From: a virus
Taxonomy: Duplodnaviria; Caudoviricetes
Length of the DNA: 38,497 nt
Strand: one strand, 5' to 3'
Virus record (IMG/VR): IMGVR_UViG_3300030059_003702
Span: 1-38,497 of that record
The notes beneath the pieces were generated by a model. The model was given only the letters and a program-made list of their open reading frames with translations, had not been told where the DNA came from and ran no database searches. A program made the translations under genes and the position numbers. The stretch's first letter is position 1; each line of letters begins with the position of its first letter. Of this stretch, positions 27,477 to 37,332 are shown in pieces.

Positions 27477-27995
27477 ATGCCTAGAATAACAACACACAAC
27501 CAAATTTTAAGCTATTTTGAAAACCTTGCTAATGAGCACACGCTTATTAAAGGCTTTTACAGGTTTAACTGGAATGAAATTACAAGTGCCATAAGGTCTT
27601 TACCAAATGATTTTGTGTTACTTATTGAAAGCCACGCAGGAGATATAAATAAAGACACACCTGCAGATGCTCCTACATTATCAAGAACCATTAGCGCATT
27701 AGTTTTAGCACCTGCACAGCCAGATGATTATAACAAGCAAAATGAAATATTTGATACTAGTGAGTGTATTGTTCTGGACCTAATAAGCCGTATAAAAGAT
27801 GATGCAAAAGGCTTAAGACACGATAGCCCACTTAAATGGCTACGCGGTTTTAATGAAGCAAGTGTACGTTATGATGTAGATCCACGTGTGCCGTTGTTTC
27901 AAAACAGATATGGGTATTCTTTTATAATAGAACTTCCTGCACCTGGAGACCTATGTTATAATAATGAAGTAAAAGCACGCTTTAATATTTCTTAG
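27477..27995 (+). CDS. Putative tail terminator/completion protein
   Basis: 172 aa alpha/beta pattern in tail region; function inferred from size and synteny. Confidence 0.5.
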   Translation: MPRITTHNQILSYFENLANEHTLIKGFYRFNWNEITSAIRSLPNDFVLLIESHAGDINKDTPADAPTLSRTISALVLAPAQPDDYNKQNEIFDTSECIVLDLISRIKDDAKGLRHDSPLKWLRGFNEASVRYDVDPRVPLFQNRYGYSFIIELPAPGDLCYNNEVKARFNIS

Positions 27996-28027
27996 TATAT
28001 TGTTGGCTACTAACCAACACTTTACAA

Positions 28028-28882
28028 ATGCTTACTTATATAGTTTTAATCCTAGGAATAGGAATTTTAATGTTCATTTTACTTTGGAAAAATCCAAAAA
28101 AGGAAATTAAGAGACACAATGAAAGGTTAAAAGCTCAAAACAATGAGCAAGAAGGAAATTTAACTAAACTAGAAAAACGCTTACTTACAGAAAAAGATAT
28201 TAAAGATACTTTTGATAATGAACCTAGGTTTTATAAGTCTCAAAAAATGAGAACATTTAATATTAAAGGGACTTATTACCAAGACATTACTATACAAACC
28301 ACTTCAAAATCTTTTTTAGGGTATATTGAAGCAGAAGAAAACAATGATAACGATAGGTACGCAGTTGCAATATATGACGATACAAACAGCAAATTAGGCT
28401 ATGTACCTAAAGGCAATAAAATGCTTTCAGATAGCCTTATAGAATTTCATAATGGTAAATGCATTTGTTGGGGTGAAATTTGGTTTGATAAGTATTATGA
28501 TACTTGGATAGGTAACATAACAACACCAGTAGCTTACAATAAAGATTATATTGAAAACCTAAATTACATTGCAGAATTATACACTTTCAATAAATCTGTT
28601 TTAAGTAGTGAAGAAATTAATAAATCTGCGTTTTTTAAAGCGTTAGACAATCATTACGTTATTATAGAATTTGCAAATAATAACAAAAACATAGATTACT
28701 TTTCACGTTATAGTTTCAATAAAAACACGCTCATTAGTTTTGGTAAAAGACTTGAAAAAGAAAAAGATTGGGAAAACTTAATTAAGCTGCTAGAATATAA
28801 AAGTTTAATAAACTCATTAGCAGAACGCTATAAAAACAAGCTTTTAAGTAGGATTGAAACCGCTAAACACAAAACTTTGTAA
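28028..28882 (+). CDS. Moron: membrane-anchored HIRAN-domain protein
   Basis: N-terminal TM helix; 'FNIKGTYY', 'EENNDNDRYAVAIY', 'KLGYVPK' are HIRAN signature motifs. Confidence 0.75.
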   Translation: MLTYIVLILGIGILMFILLWKNPKKEIKRHNERLKAQNNEQEGNLTKLEKRLLTEKDIKDTFDNEPRFYKSQKMRTFNIKGTYYQDITIQTTSKSFLGYIEAEENNDNDRYAVAIYDDTNSKLGYVPKGNKMLSDSLIEFHNGKCICWGEIWFDKYYDTWIGNITTPVAYNKDYIENLNYIAELYTFNKSVLSSEEINKSAFFKALDNHYVIIEFANNNKNIDYFSRYSFNKNTLISFGKRLEKEKDWENLIKLLEYKSLINSLAERYKNKLLSRIETAKHKTL

Positions 28883-28964
28883 TACAAACCTATGATTGTG
28901 TAACCCTTTCTTTTAAAATATCTTAGCACTATTCTTTTTTAACATTTTCATTGGCTTTTTTTTG

Positions 28965-29124
28965 TAAATTTGAAATGTCAAAACAAGTTAGGGGTTAAAA
29001 CCCAGATTTTACGAACAGGAATATCGCTATGGTGGCCACATTGAAAGAGAGGCAATCCAGTCCCTGACTGTTTTGACACACCTAAGGTGGTATTCCGACG
29101 TTAATAATTTTCGATATGTCAAAA
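28965..29124 (+). promoter_or_regulatory. Promoter and structured RNA leader (c4-like)
   Basis: -7 box TAAATTTG; TGTCAAAACAAGTTAGGGG (28976-28994) pairs with TCCCTGACTGTTTTGACA (29061-29078); alternative partner at start codon ATGTCAAAA. Confidence 0.65.
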
Positions 29125-29367
29125 GAAAATGATAACACAAAGAATCAAACCAATGAGGGTTTGGCACAAGCAAGTAGAGAGTTATTCTCTGCAATTAGTC
29201 CTAATGAGTTGGTAGAAGATTTAAATAATCTTTTTACCGGCTATTTAAAGAGTGATATGGCTAACAACCAAAATGAGCGCATTAAGCTCTATTACTCGTG
29301 GAACCAAATGCTGGAGTTTTTAGCATCATCAGAAATAGCCATAGAGCCATTTACAAAAGATTGCTAA
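29116..29367 (+). CDS. Hypothetical protein under structured leader
   Basis: 83 aa acidic helical protein followed by a terminator. Confidence 0.7.
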   Translation: MSKENDNTKNQTNEGLAQASRELFSAISPNELVEDLNNLFTGYLKSDMANNQNERIKLYYSWNQMLEFLASSEIAIEPFTKDC

Positions 29368-29374
29368 AACTAAC

Positions 29375-29404
29375 AACCGCCTCTAAGTCCCAAGGCGGTT
29401 TTTT
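29375..29404 (+). terminator. Intrinsic terminator
   Basis: AACCGCCT-loop-AGGCGGTTTTTT. Confidence 0.8.
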
Positions 29405-29454
29405 AATTATTTAAAACTATCAAATCCTATTTAACTATAAATAAATACATTAGA

Positions 29455-29491
29455 CCAATATAATTACATTGGCACCACTATTGTATATTTG
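29455..29491 (+). promoter_or_regulatory. Palindromic operator and promoter
   Basis: CCAATATAATTACATTGG near-perfect 18-bp palindrome; -7 box TATATTTG at 29484-29491. Confidence 0.6.
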
Positions 29492-29523
29492 TCAGTACAT
29501 TATTAATATTTTATTTTTTTATT

Positions 29524-29667
29524 ATGAAAGTTGCTCATTTGTCTATGAAAACGAACCACGTCTCCAATCCGCTTAAAAGCTTGGTTTGGCAAGATGCTTC
29601 TGCAAAGAAGAAATCTGAGGTTTATTCTATTATGGCACGTGTAAATGATAGTAGGATCTTAAAATAA
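29524..29667 (+). CDS. Small basic protein (47 aa; not in ORF track)
   Basis: MKVAHLSMKTNHVSNPLKSLVWQDASAKKKSEVYSIMARVNDSRILK between promoter and next gene. Confidence 0.55.
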   Translation: MKVAHLSMKTNHVSNPLKSLVWQDASAKKKSEVYSIMARVNDSRILK

Positions 29668-29674
29668 AAAAATA

Positions 29675-29920
29675 ATGAAATACACCTTTACTAAAGAAGA
29701 GCTCTATGAAAGAGCTTTTTTTGTTCTAGACAATCAAAATCAAGGTTTAAATCTATGCTTTGAGCCGTACGAAGATGATTCTTTTATGTTAATTATCTTT
29801 ACAGAAGATGGAAGCCCAATAAATGGCCATCATAATGAAGAACTTTGGGACGCTATCTATAAAATTATAGTTGAATTTGATGAAAGCAGAAACTTAGACT
29901 ATCAAATAGTAGCATTATAA
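29675..29920 (+). CDS. Small acidic hypothetical protein
   Basis: 81 aa, second gene of a promoter-to-terminator unit. Confidence 0.7.
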   Translation: MKYTFTKEELYERAFFVLDNQNQGLNLCFEPYEDDSFMLIIFTEDGSPINGHHNEELWDAIYKIIVEFDESRNLDYQIVAL

Positions 29921-29921
29921 T

Positions 29922-29953
29922 AAAAAAACCACTTTTAATAAGTGGTTTTTTTT
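29922..29953. terminator. Bidirectional intrinsic terminator
   Basis: AAAAAAACCACTT-loop-AAGTGGTTTTTTT. Confidence 0.8.
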
Positions 29954-30027
29954 ATGTCTTACAGCTTCAATAAATCTGTAATTTTTCACCCCATTATTAG
30001 CCCTTAAATTGCTTAAAAATTTAGGCA

Positions 30028-30405
30028 ATGGCTGTAGATCAAAACGCAGAAAGACAACGCACCAAAAAAGAAAGTGCTGCAGGAACCAAGGCAGCCAGAA
30101 CGCTCCGCACAGACTTACGCAGAGCAGTTTCCAGATTTAAAGAAGATACAGGAACCCTTAAGACAATAGGCGCTTCAAAACGTATGCGCAAAGGTCAATT
30201 AAGAGGTATTGCTATAAAATCTCCTATTTATGGCTATATGAACCATTACGGTTATATAGGCACAAAATCCAATGGTGTATTCCAAAGACTTAAGGCAACA
30301 GGATTTATTAATGATGCCATAGAAAAAGGAAGTATAGAGACGTTGGCCACAGAAATAAGTGAAATACGAGCAGAAGAAATTGTTGCTAATTTTAAGTTTA
30401 GGTAA
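30028..30405 (+). CDS. Putative neck/tail-completion protein (HK97 gp10-like)
   Basis: Basic 125 aa; 'DTGTL..I', 'YGYMNHYG', 'KATGFINDAI' pattern. Confidence 0.55.
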   Translation: MAVDQNAERQRTKKESAAGTKAARTLRTDLRRAVSRFKEDTGTLKTIGASKRMRKGQLRGIAIKSPIYGYMNHYGYIGTKSNGVFQRLKATGFINDAIEKGSIETLATEISEIRAEEIVANFKFR

Positions 30406-33344
30406 TGGCTAAGACAACTGTAAGAAACATTACTATTAGCATTAATGGTAAAGAAGTAGAGAACAGCCTTCAAGGTGTAGGAAAAGAAATAGGAAAGCTT
30501 AAAGCCCAACTAAGAAAAGAAACCTTTGGTAGTGAAAAGTTTAATGAGTTACAACAACAATTAGACGCCACAAAAGGTAAGTACCGTGAAATGAATGATG
30601 AAATCCGGGAAACAAAAATTTCTGCAGATGAAGCTCGTGGTGCATTAACTAACATCTTTAATGGTGCAATTAATGGAGATATAGACCAAATTTCTACTGG
30701 TTTTAATACACTAGGTAACAACATTAAAGGTGCAGGTAAAGCACTTTTAGGCTTTGCACTTACGCCTGTTGGTGCTATAGCCTCTTTAATTGCTTTGGTG
30801 GCCGGTGCAATTAAAGTTTTTGTAGATTATAATGAGAGCATAAAGGAGCAGGTTTTACTTACAGACCAACTTACCAAACTACAAGGAGAGCAAGCAGACC
30901 AAACACGCTTATTGGCTGCAACAATTCAAGAAACCTACGGCAAAGACTTTAAAGAAACACTTACAACAGCTAAAGTGTTGGTTAATGAATTTAAAGTAGA
31001 TTATCAAACAGCGTTAGAGATTATAGATCAAGGCCTTTTAGAAGGTGGCCAACGTAATGAAGAGTATTTTGATAGCTTAACAGAATACGCTACGTTTTTT
31101 AATCAAGCAGGTTTTAGCGTTACAGAATTTAAGAACATTATTAATTCTGGTTATGATCTAAGTATTTATCAAGACAAATTACCAGATGCTATAAAAGAAT
31201 TTTCTATTGCAGTACAGGAACAAACACCTGCTGCAAGAGAAGCTTTAGAAAATGCTTTTGGTACAAGTTTTACAGATTCACTTTTAAAAGGTATAGAAAC
31301 AGGTACACTATCTGTAAAAGATGCCTTGCAGCAAGTTGCAGAAGAGTCTCAAAAACAAAATATCTCTATACAACAGCAAGCACAACTAACTGCAGACTTA
31401 TTTAAAGGTGCAGGTGAAGATGCAGGTGGCGCGTTAAAGATTTTTGAAGCTGTAACTAATGCGTATAAGGACCAAAATAGAGCATTAACACCTTTAGAAG
31501 AAAACTTAAAACGTGTAAGAGATGCAAACTTAGAGTTAGCTAAAGCACAAGATGAAGCGCTTAAAGGAGATGGTTATGTCGCATTAAGCAACAATGTTTC
31601 TGTCTTCTGGACCAAGGTAAAAACAGAGTTTTTTAAAGGTGTAACCTTTATTACAGATACGTTTAACAGCTTATTGCAGTTTAGCACAAAAACACTAGCG
31701 CAATTAATAGCATCTATAACAGCAATTCCTGCAGTAACTTCTGCAACATTTACGGCTATTAAAAAAGAAGGGTTAGAGGTTATAAAAACCTTTGGCCTGT
31801 TAGGTGATGTATTTGAAAACTTGAAGAATTTTGAGTTTTCAAAAGCAGCAGAATCTGCAAATAAATTTACCACTGCATTTAAAAAAGAAATTACAGACGT
31901 TGGCGATGTTGCTAGTAATTCAATTAACCTTATTGCAGAAATCTCAGAAGAGGCAGGAAGGCGCGTAGATGAAAACTTTAACCGTGCAAAAGAAGGTGCA
32001 CTTGCACAACAAAAAGCAGAGCAAGACGCTTTAAATGCTTTAGCAAACAATGCAGGTTCTGGTAACAATACAGAAAACGAAGATGATTCTACCACTAAAG
32101 AAATAGATGATTCAGCTTTTGAGGCAAGAAAAACAGCCTACTTAGAGTTTGATGAATTTATAAAACGCCAACAAGAAGCGCGTTTGGTGAGCCAAAAAGA
32201 AGGCTTGCAAAAAGAATTAACCTTAATAGATCAAAAGTATGCTGCAGAGTTAGAGAAGTATAAAGAATTTGATGATATACGCGCAGAACTAGAGCAACAA
32301 CGAGATCAAGAAAAAGCAGATGCCAAACTAGCATTACAAAAAGACTACCAGGAACGCACCAATGCCTTAGAAGAAGAAAACCGCATTGCTAAGGAAGAAA
32401 TGGAGTTTGAGCGTGAACTTGCTAATGTAGAAGACACGCAGTTAAAAGAAGAATTAAGACTACAACGCGCACAAGAATTAGCCTTAAGGGAACTTGAAAT
32501 GGCTAAAGAAGCAGAGTTAGCTAAAGTTGAAGCTGTTGAAGGTTCAGAAGAACTTAAAGCCGCTATAACAGAAAAATATAGAATTGCAGGTTCTAACATT
32601 ACTAAGGAATTTGATGATGAAGAAAAAGAAATCCGTAAAAACCAAGTAGATTGGACAAAGTTAACCGAAGAGCAAAAGCTTAATACTATTACCGGTGCAT
32701 TGTCTAACGCTGCAATGGCTTTTAATGAAGGTAGTGCTGCATATAAGGCTATTAAAATTTCAGAAACACTTATTACAACTTACCAATCTGCACAAAGTGC
32801 CTATGGTGCCTTAGCAGGTATTCCTGTTGTTGGTCCAGCTTTGGGAGCAGCAGCTGCAGGTTTAGCAGTAATTTCTGGTTTAAAACAAGTGCAACAAATT
32901 AAAAATACACCTGTTGCAAAAGCAAAAGCGCCTAAGAAAAGAGGTCTTTTTGAAGGTGGTCCTACAGGTAATGATGCCATTGGCTATGATGCAGATGGAA
33001 AAATAACAAACTACGTTCACGAAGATGAGTATGTTATTCCTAGAATAATGACACAAGATCCAAAATTTGCAAATACAATTGGTTGGCTAGAGCAAAACAG
33101 GCAACAACATTATAAAGGTCACTTTACAGGTGGTACAGTAGGTAATATAGGTGGCCTACCTAACACGGCACAAGATCCTATAAATAGCAATACAGACTTA
33201 GGAAGTACACTAAACAGGTTAGCCAATCTAATTGAAAATCCAGTGCAACCTAATTTAATTATTGGTTATGAAGATGATGAACGTTTAGAACAACTAAGAA
33301 GAGACAGAGAACAATCTCAAAGAAACACCACTATAGCATCATGA
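30405..33344 (+). CDS. Tape measure protein
   Basis: 979 aa Ala/Glu/Leu-rich helical, hydrophobic Gly/Ala segments, C-terminal 'GGPTG...VHEDEYVIP'. Confidence 0.9.
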   Translation: MAKTTVRNITISINGKEVENSLQGVGKEIGKLKAQLRKETFGSEKFNELQQQLDATKGKYREMNDEIRETKISADEARGALTNIFNGAINGDIDQISTGFNTLGNNIKGAGKALLGFALTPVGAIASLIALVAGAIKVFVDYNESIKEQVLLTDQLTKLQGEQADQTRLLAATIQETYGKDFKETLTTAKVLVNEFKVDYQTALEIIDQGLLEGGQRNEEYFDSLTEYATFFNQAGFSVTEFKNIINSGYDLSIYQDKLPDAIKEFSIAVQEQTPAAREALENAFGTSFTDSLLKGIETGTLSVKDALQQVAEESQKQNISIQQQAQLTADLFKGAGEDAGGALKIFEAVTNAYKDQNRALTPLEENLKRVRDANLELAKAQDEALKGDGYVALSNNVSVFWTKVKTEFFKGVTFITDTFNSLLQFSTKTLAQLIASITAIPAVTSATFTAIKKEGLEVIKTFGLLGDVFENLKNFEFSKAAESANKFTTAFKKEITDVGDVASNSINLIAEISEEAGRRVDENFNRAKEGALAQQKAEQDALNALANNAGSGNNTENEDDSTTKEIDDSAFEARKTAYLEFDEFIKRQQEARLVSQKEGLQKELTLIDQKYAAELEKYKEFDDIRAELEQQRDQEKADAKLALQKDYQERTNALEEENRIAKEEMEFERELANVEDTQLKEELRLQRAQELALRELEMAKEAELAKVEAVEGSEELKAAITEKYRIAGSNITKEFDDEEKEIRKNQVDWTKLTEEQKLNTITGALSNAAMAFNEGSAAYKAIKISETLITTYQSAQSAYGALAGIPVVGPALGAAAAGLAVISGLKQVQQIKNTPVAKAKAPKKRGLFEGGPTGNDAIGYDADGKITNYVHEDEYVIPRIMTQDPKFANTIGWLEQNRQQHYKGHFTGGTVGNIGGLPNTAQDPINSNTDLGSTLNRLANLIENPVQPNLIIGYEDDERLEQLRRDREQSQRNTTIAS

Positions 33345-35425
33345 TAGAAATTATACAGAGTCCAGACAATAACAGAGTAATTGCAGATGCCAATGAAACT
33401 TTAGTGGTTTTAAAAAGTACTTCTGGAAATGAGTATTATATTCAACTAGATATTTTTGTAAATGATAGCTTATTTACATCTAGATCTATTAGCAAAGATA
33501 ATAATGGTTTAGGCACATTTAATTTTGCGCATTTTTATGAAGACTATTTTAATATTACATTACCTGCATCTTCTAATAATGGTTTTGTAGAACATAATGA
33601 GCTTAAAAAGAAAATACATTTTATAGCTTATGAAAAGCCAATACAAGGCTTAATAGCTACTAGTCAAATTACTTCACCAGAATTTTACATTATAAAAAGC
33701 AGTGTGCCTTTTGATTTTACAGATACACAAATGGCACCTTTATTTATTCCTGCATTAGAGCAACACCTTCCAAAAACAGGACAAATAAGAATCCCTTTTT
33801 ATGCACCAAAGGAGACTATTAGTAATATTACTATAGTTACAGATACTAACGAAACCATATACAATAGTAATTTTGAGCATAGTGAAAGTGGTATTACCTC
33901 GTTTACTTATACCCTATTAGACAATGCACTGCCTCAATTTTGCCCTTATATAGCGGTTACTATTACAAATGGTGAACGGCTAATTAAACTAGTGTACCAT
34001 ATTATTAGTGCTCCAAAATACCAACCTAAAAAAATAATGGTTTTAAATAATGTAGGATTGTTTTTGCCTGTGTATTTAACTGGAGTGCTCGAAGATGTAA
34101 GAAAATTAGATGCTAATTCTTTTTTAAACACTAATGACAACGAAGAAACTTATGAGGTATTAGAAGAAGTTAAATATACGCTTAATAGTGGCTACCAAAG
34201 CAACGAAACAAAAGCATTAAATCTTTTTATTGCAAAAAGTATAGATGTAAGATTTTTAATTAATAATGATTGGGTAAGAGTATCTGCAGCAACAAAGAAG
34301 ATTGAACACTTTAGAGATAACACTTATATCTATGAGGATGCACTACAATTTAATGTAGTTAAAACAGCCTTTGGAGATAGTACAGAAAGTTATTTAACAC
34401 CACCAACGGCACAAGATATTTCTGTTTCAGAAAATGTAAACACTACTATTAAGGTGCATAAATCTCTTTTTGAAAATGCATTAAATGATAGTCCTGTTAC
34501 TAAATTAAGGCTATCATCTGCTACAGTTAACGGCATTTATGGTTGGGAAGATAACAATGGCAACTACCAAGAAATTTATAACCCTAACAATGCAACACCA
34601 TTTCAAGAACTTATTTTAGATTTTGAAACGTTTCAATTTTTAGTGTATTATCCAGAAACCAACGCCTCTGGAGATCCATTAGATACTATTTTATTCAGCT
34701 TAAGAAATAACTACATCTATTCTAATCACGCTAATTTAGAGTTAATAGTTAATGGCACAGCAGGAAACCAACCACCAACCATTATAACAGAATCACCAAT
34801 AACTGTAGGTGTTAACCAATCTGGTAATGGCTCAAAACAAATTGAAGCTTCAATAACAGATCCAGAGAATAACACATTGGCAATCGTTTGGGAAGCGCTA
34901 AATAATGCACCTATAACATTTGATGATACTACAATTGCAGAACCGGAAATAACAGTTAATGGTGTAGATGTTTTAGAACAATACCAAATAAAAGTAACGG
35001 CCACAGATACAGATAACAACCTAATTTCAGAAAGGGTAATAAATGTAAATACGAGCAACTACATGGTGAGCAACGCTCAACAATTTGATGCTAACAGAAG
35101 TACAAGCCAAGACCGCTTTTACAATATTTCTTTTGCAGGTGGCGAACCAGGAAAGGCAATGACTCTTTTAACAGATGCCTATTTTGATAATAATGAAAGC
35201 TATGCTATTGTTGATGTAGATGGTGGCACAAACCAAAAACTGGTAACATCATCTTATAGAAAAACAACAAAAGAGTTTTTGTTTGATGCCAAAGGAGAAG
35301 TAAACTTTGTTTTAAAACTAAGAGACGAGTTAAGCAATAACCTAAATGATGTAAGGCTAAGGATTACAGATTTAGATGAAGGAATGTACACAGACCCTAA
35401 CAACTCAGAACTAATTATACGCTAA
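33341..35425 (+). CDS. Distal tail/baseplate protein with C-terminal Ig/cadherin-like domains
   Basis: Follows TMP; 'NQPPTI...TDPENNTLAIVW...VTATD' Ig-like motif. Confidence 0.6.
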   Translation: MIEIIQSPDNNRVIADANETLVVLKSTSGNEYYIQLDIFVNDSLFTSRSISKDNNGLGTFNFAHFYEDYFNITLPASSNNGFVEHNELKKKIHFIAYEKPIQGLIATSQITSPEFYIIKSSVPFDFTDTQMAPLFIPALEQHLPKTGQIRIPFYAPKETISNITIVTDTNETIYNSNFEHSESGITSFTYTLLDNALPQFCPYIAVTITNGERLIKLVYHIISAPKYQPKKIMVLNNVGLFLPVYLTGVLEDVRKLDANSFLNTNDNEETYEVLEEVKYTLNSGYQSNETKALNLFIAKSIDVRFLINNDWVRVSAATKKIEHFRDNTYIYEDALQFNVVKTAFGDSTESYLTPPTAQDISVSENVNTTIKVHKSLFENALNDSPVTKLRLSSATVNGIYGWEDNNGNYQEIYNPNNATPFQELILDFETFQFLVYYPETNASGDPLDTILFSLRNNYIYSNHANLELIVNGTAGNQPPTIITESPITVGVNQSGNGSKQIEASITDPENNTLAIVWEALNNAPITFDDTTIAEPEITVNGVDVLEQYQIKVTATDTDNNLISERVINVNTSNYMVSNAQQFDANRSTSQDRFYNISFAGGEPGKAMTLLTDAYFDNNESYAIVDVDGGTNQKLVTSSYRKTTKEFLFDAKGEVNFVLKLRDELSNNLNDVRLRITDLDEGMYTDPNNSELIIR

Positions 35426-37332
35426 TGTCTAAAATAAAAATTATTGTAAATGGTGTAGAATTGCCATTTGTAAACCAAGATTTTAAATATAAAGTTCCTA
35501 ATAATTCCTTTGAAACCAGTTTTAAGGTAGAAGGCACTTCTTATCCTATACGATTAATTGAAACAATTGCAACAAAAAACGCTTTAGGACAACTAGACAT
35601 AAACTCTTCTAACAAGAAAAGGTATATACCTGCAACACTGCAAATTGATAACATTAAATACAACGCAGTTATAGAGCAAGTAAGCAAGAATGAAAAATTT
35701 AGGAAATGTAATATTAAAAGCCAATCATCTTTAGACGGCATCTTTAAAACTAAGATCCACGAGTTTTTTACAGATGTTAGTCTTTTTGGAGATCCAATAC
35801 CAGAGCCATATAAAGATGTAACAGAAAACAGATACTTTGCATTTGACGCTTGGCGAGATGATGGTATTAACAGGCGTTTCTTGCGCTATCCAGAAACACA
35901 TTGGCAACAGCCTATGTTTTATCACAAAGACCTGTTTACACCTACAAATGAAGCCCCAATAAACACCTACGAGAACTATACAGGCTCTATAAACCATCGT
36001 AATGTGTTTGGTGAATTGGTGGCCAATGGCTTAAGTTTTTCTGCAGATTTTGTTGATGTAAGAAATGTTACCGTTTTTTCACCACAAGTGTTTATGCTGT
36101 CACCAATCCTATTAGCTGTTCAAAGTATAGGCTATTCCTTAAAAGGAAGCTTTGCAGAAGATGATTTTATGAAAAGTGTGTTACTACACAGTACAGCGCA
36201 TAATATGTCAGAATTTACAGTTAAGTCTTTAGCAGACAATGTAAGTTTTGAGAATATCAATTTTATTTTTCAGACACTTACAGGAGAAGAAGCGCCTGCA
36301 GAGCAAAACACTTGGCACACCTATACTAAAACTATTTACGTAACCCAAGACACAGAAGGAAGCTTTAGAATAGATTATGATTTTTTATTACAAACTGAAT
36401 TATCACAAGACAATTATTCTGGATTTATTGCAATTTGGGAAGGAGAAAAAGTAGGAGAATATTTTTCTTATGATGTAGCAAGAGAAAAGGAATCTATAAA
36501 CTTTACTGTGGACAGCGCCAATGTAGGCAACCAATTAAAATTAATATTCCATCATAGAAATCAAATAAACCCTATACAGCAAACTATTGAAATAAGGCAA
36601 GATGTAGAAAATGAAATATTTTTAGATGCGCATCCAACTATAGAGTTTAAAAGATATTTACCAGACTGGACACTCATAGAATATTTAAACAACCTTAAAA
36701 ATATATTCAATTTAAAAATTGATGTAGATGAAATAAAGAAAGAGCTCACTATAAATTATAATGAAGAAGATTATTTAATAAATGGTGAAGCCACACGATT
36801 AACCAAAGGGTTTAAGCTTAAAAGTTTTAATAATGTAGAAGCAGAAAACTTTGCGCTTAAATTTGATAATGAATTAGATAATTATGTAGTGTATAACAAT
36901 GGCATCCTATTAACAAACGGCGTAATAGATGATACCACTAGTACTATTAAAAACAAATTTAAATACATTCCGGAACTCAATAATACAGGATTAGTCAATG
37001 AAGATATAGCAAATAGAAACGGAATAGGTTTAATGCTTTACAATCCTGCAAGACAACCCTATGTATCACATGCGTTTAATGGTAGAACATTGAGTTTAGT
37101 TGGTGCAGGAAGTATTACAGAACAATTTTGGAAGCGATGGTTTAAGTTTAAAGTTAATGCTGCCAATCCTACAGCAGAAGGCGCTATTACAAAGACGCAA
37201 CTAGACTTTATTATGACAACTAAAAAATGCATCATAAATAACCAGACTTACTTAATAAGTAATGCAGATTATAAAGATGCATCTAATGGGTTAGTGTTTG
37301 TAACCTTAGAGTTAAAAAGTATTAATTATTAA
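35425..37332 (+). CDS. Tail tip/hub protein
   Basis: 635 aa second gene after TMP; 'YLPDWTLIEYLNNLKNIFNL' hub-like motif. Confidence 0.6.
   Translation: MSKIKIIVNGVELPFVNQDFKYKVPNNSFETSFKVEGTSYPIRLIETIATKNALGQLDINSSNKKRYIPATLQIDNIKYNAVIEQVSKNEKFRKCNIKSQSSLDGIFKTKIHEFFTDVSLFGDPIPEPYKDVTENRYFAFDAWRDDGINRRFLRYPETHWQQPMFYHKDLFTPTNEAPINTYENYTGSINHRNVFGELVANGLSFSADFVDVRNVTVFSPQVFMLSPILLAVQSIGYSLKGSFAEDDFMKSVLLHSTAHNMSEFTVKSLADNVSFENINFIFQTLTGEEAPAEQNTWHTYTKTIYVTQDTEGSFRIDYDFLLQTELSQDNYSGFIAIWEGEKVGEYFSYDVAREKESINFTVDSANVGNQLKLIFHHRNQINPIQQTIEIRQDVENEIFLDAHPTIEFKRYLPDWTLIEYLNNLKNIFNLKIDVDEIKKELTINYNEEDYLINGEATRLTKGFKLKSFNNVEAENFALKFDNELDNYVVYNNGILLTNGVIDDTTSTIKNKFKYIPELNNTGLVNEDIANRNGIGLMLYNPARQPYVSHAFNGRTLSLVGAGSITEQFWKRWFKFKVNAANPTAEGAITKTQLDFIMTTKKCIINNQTYLISNADYKDASNGLVFVTLELKSINY

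Noticed and set aside
26719-30405. Tail chaperone programmed frameshift before the tape measure gene
   Set aside because: No overlapping G/GT-like ORF pair with a convincing slippery site was found
2910-36749. Many minus-strand ORFs in the track (e.g. 2910..3431, 13304..13864, 31574..32095, 34726..35058)
   Set aside because: Antisense shadows of long + strand genes, Ser/Phe/Leu-rich, no motifs
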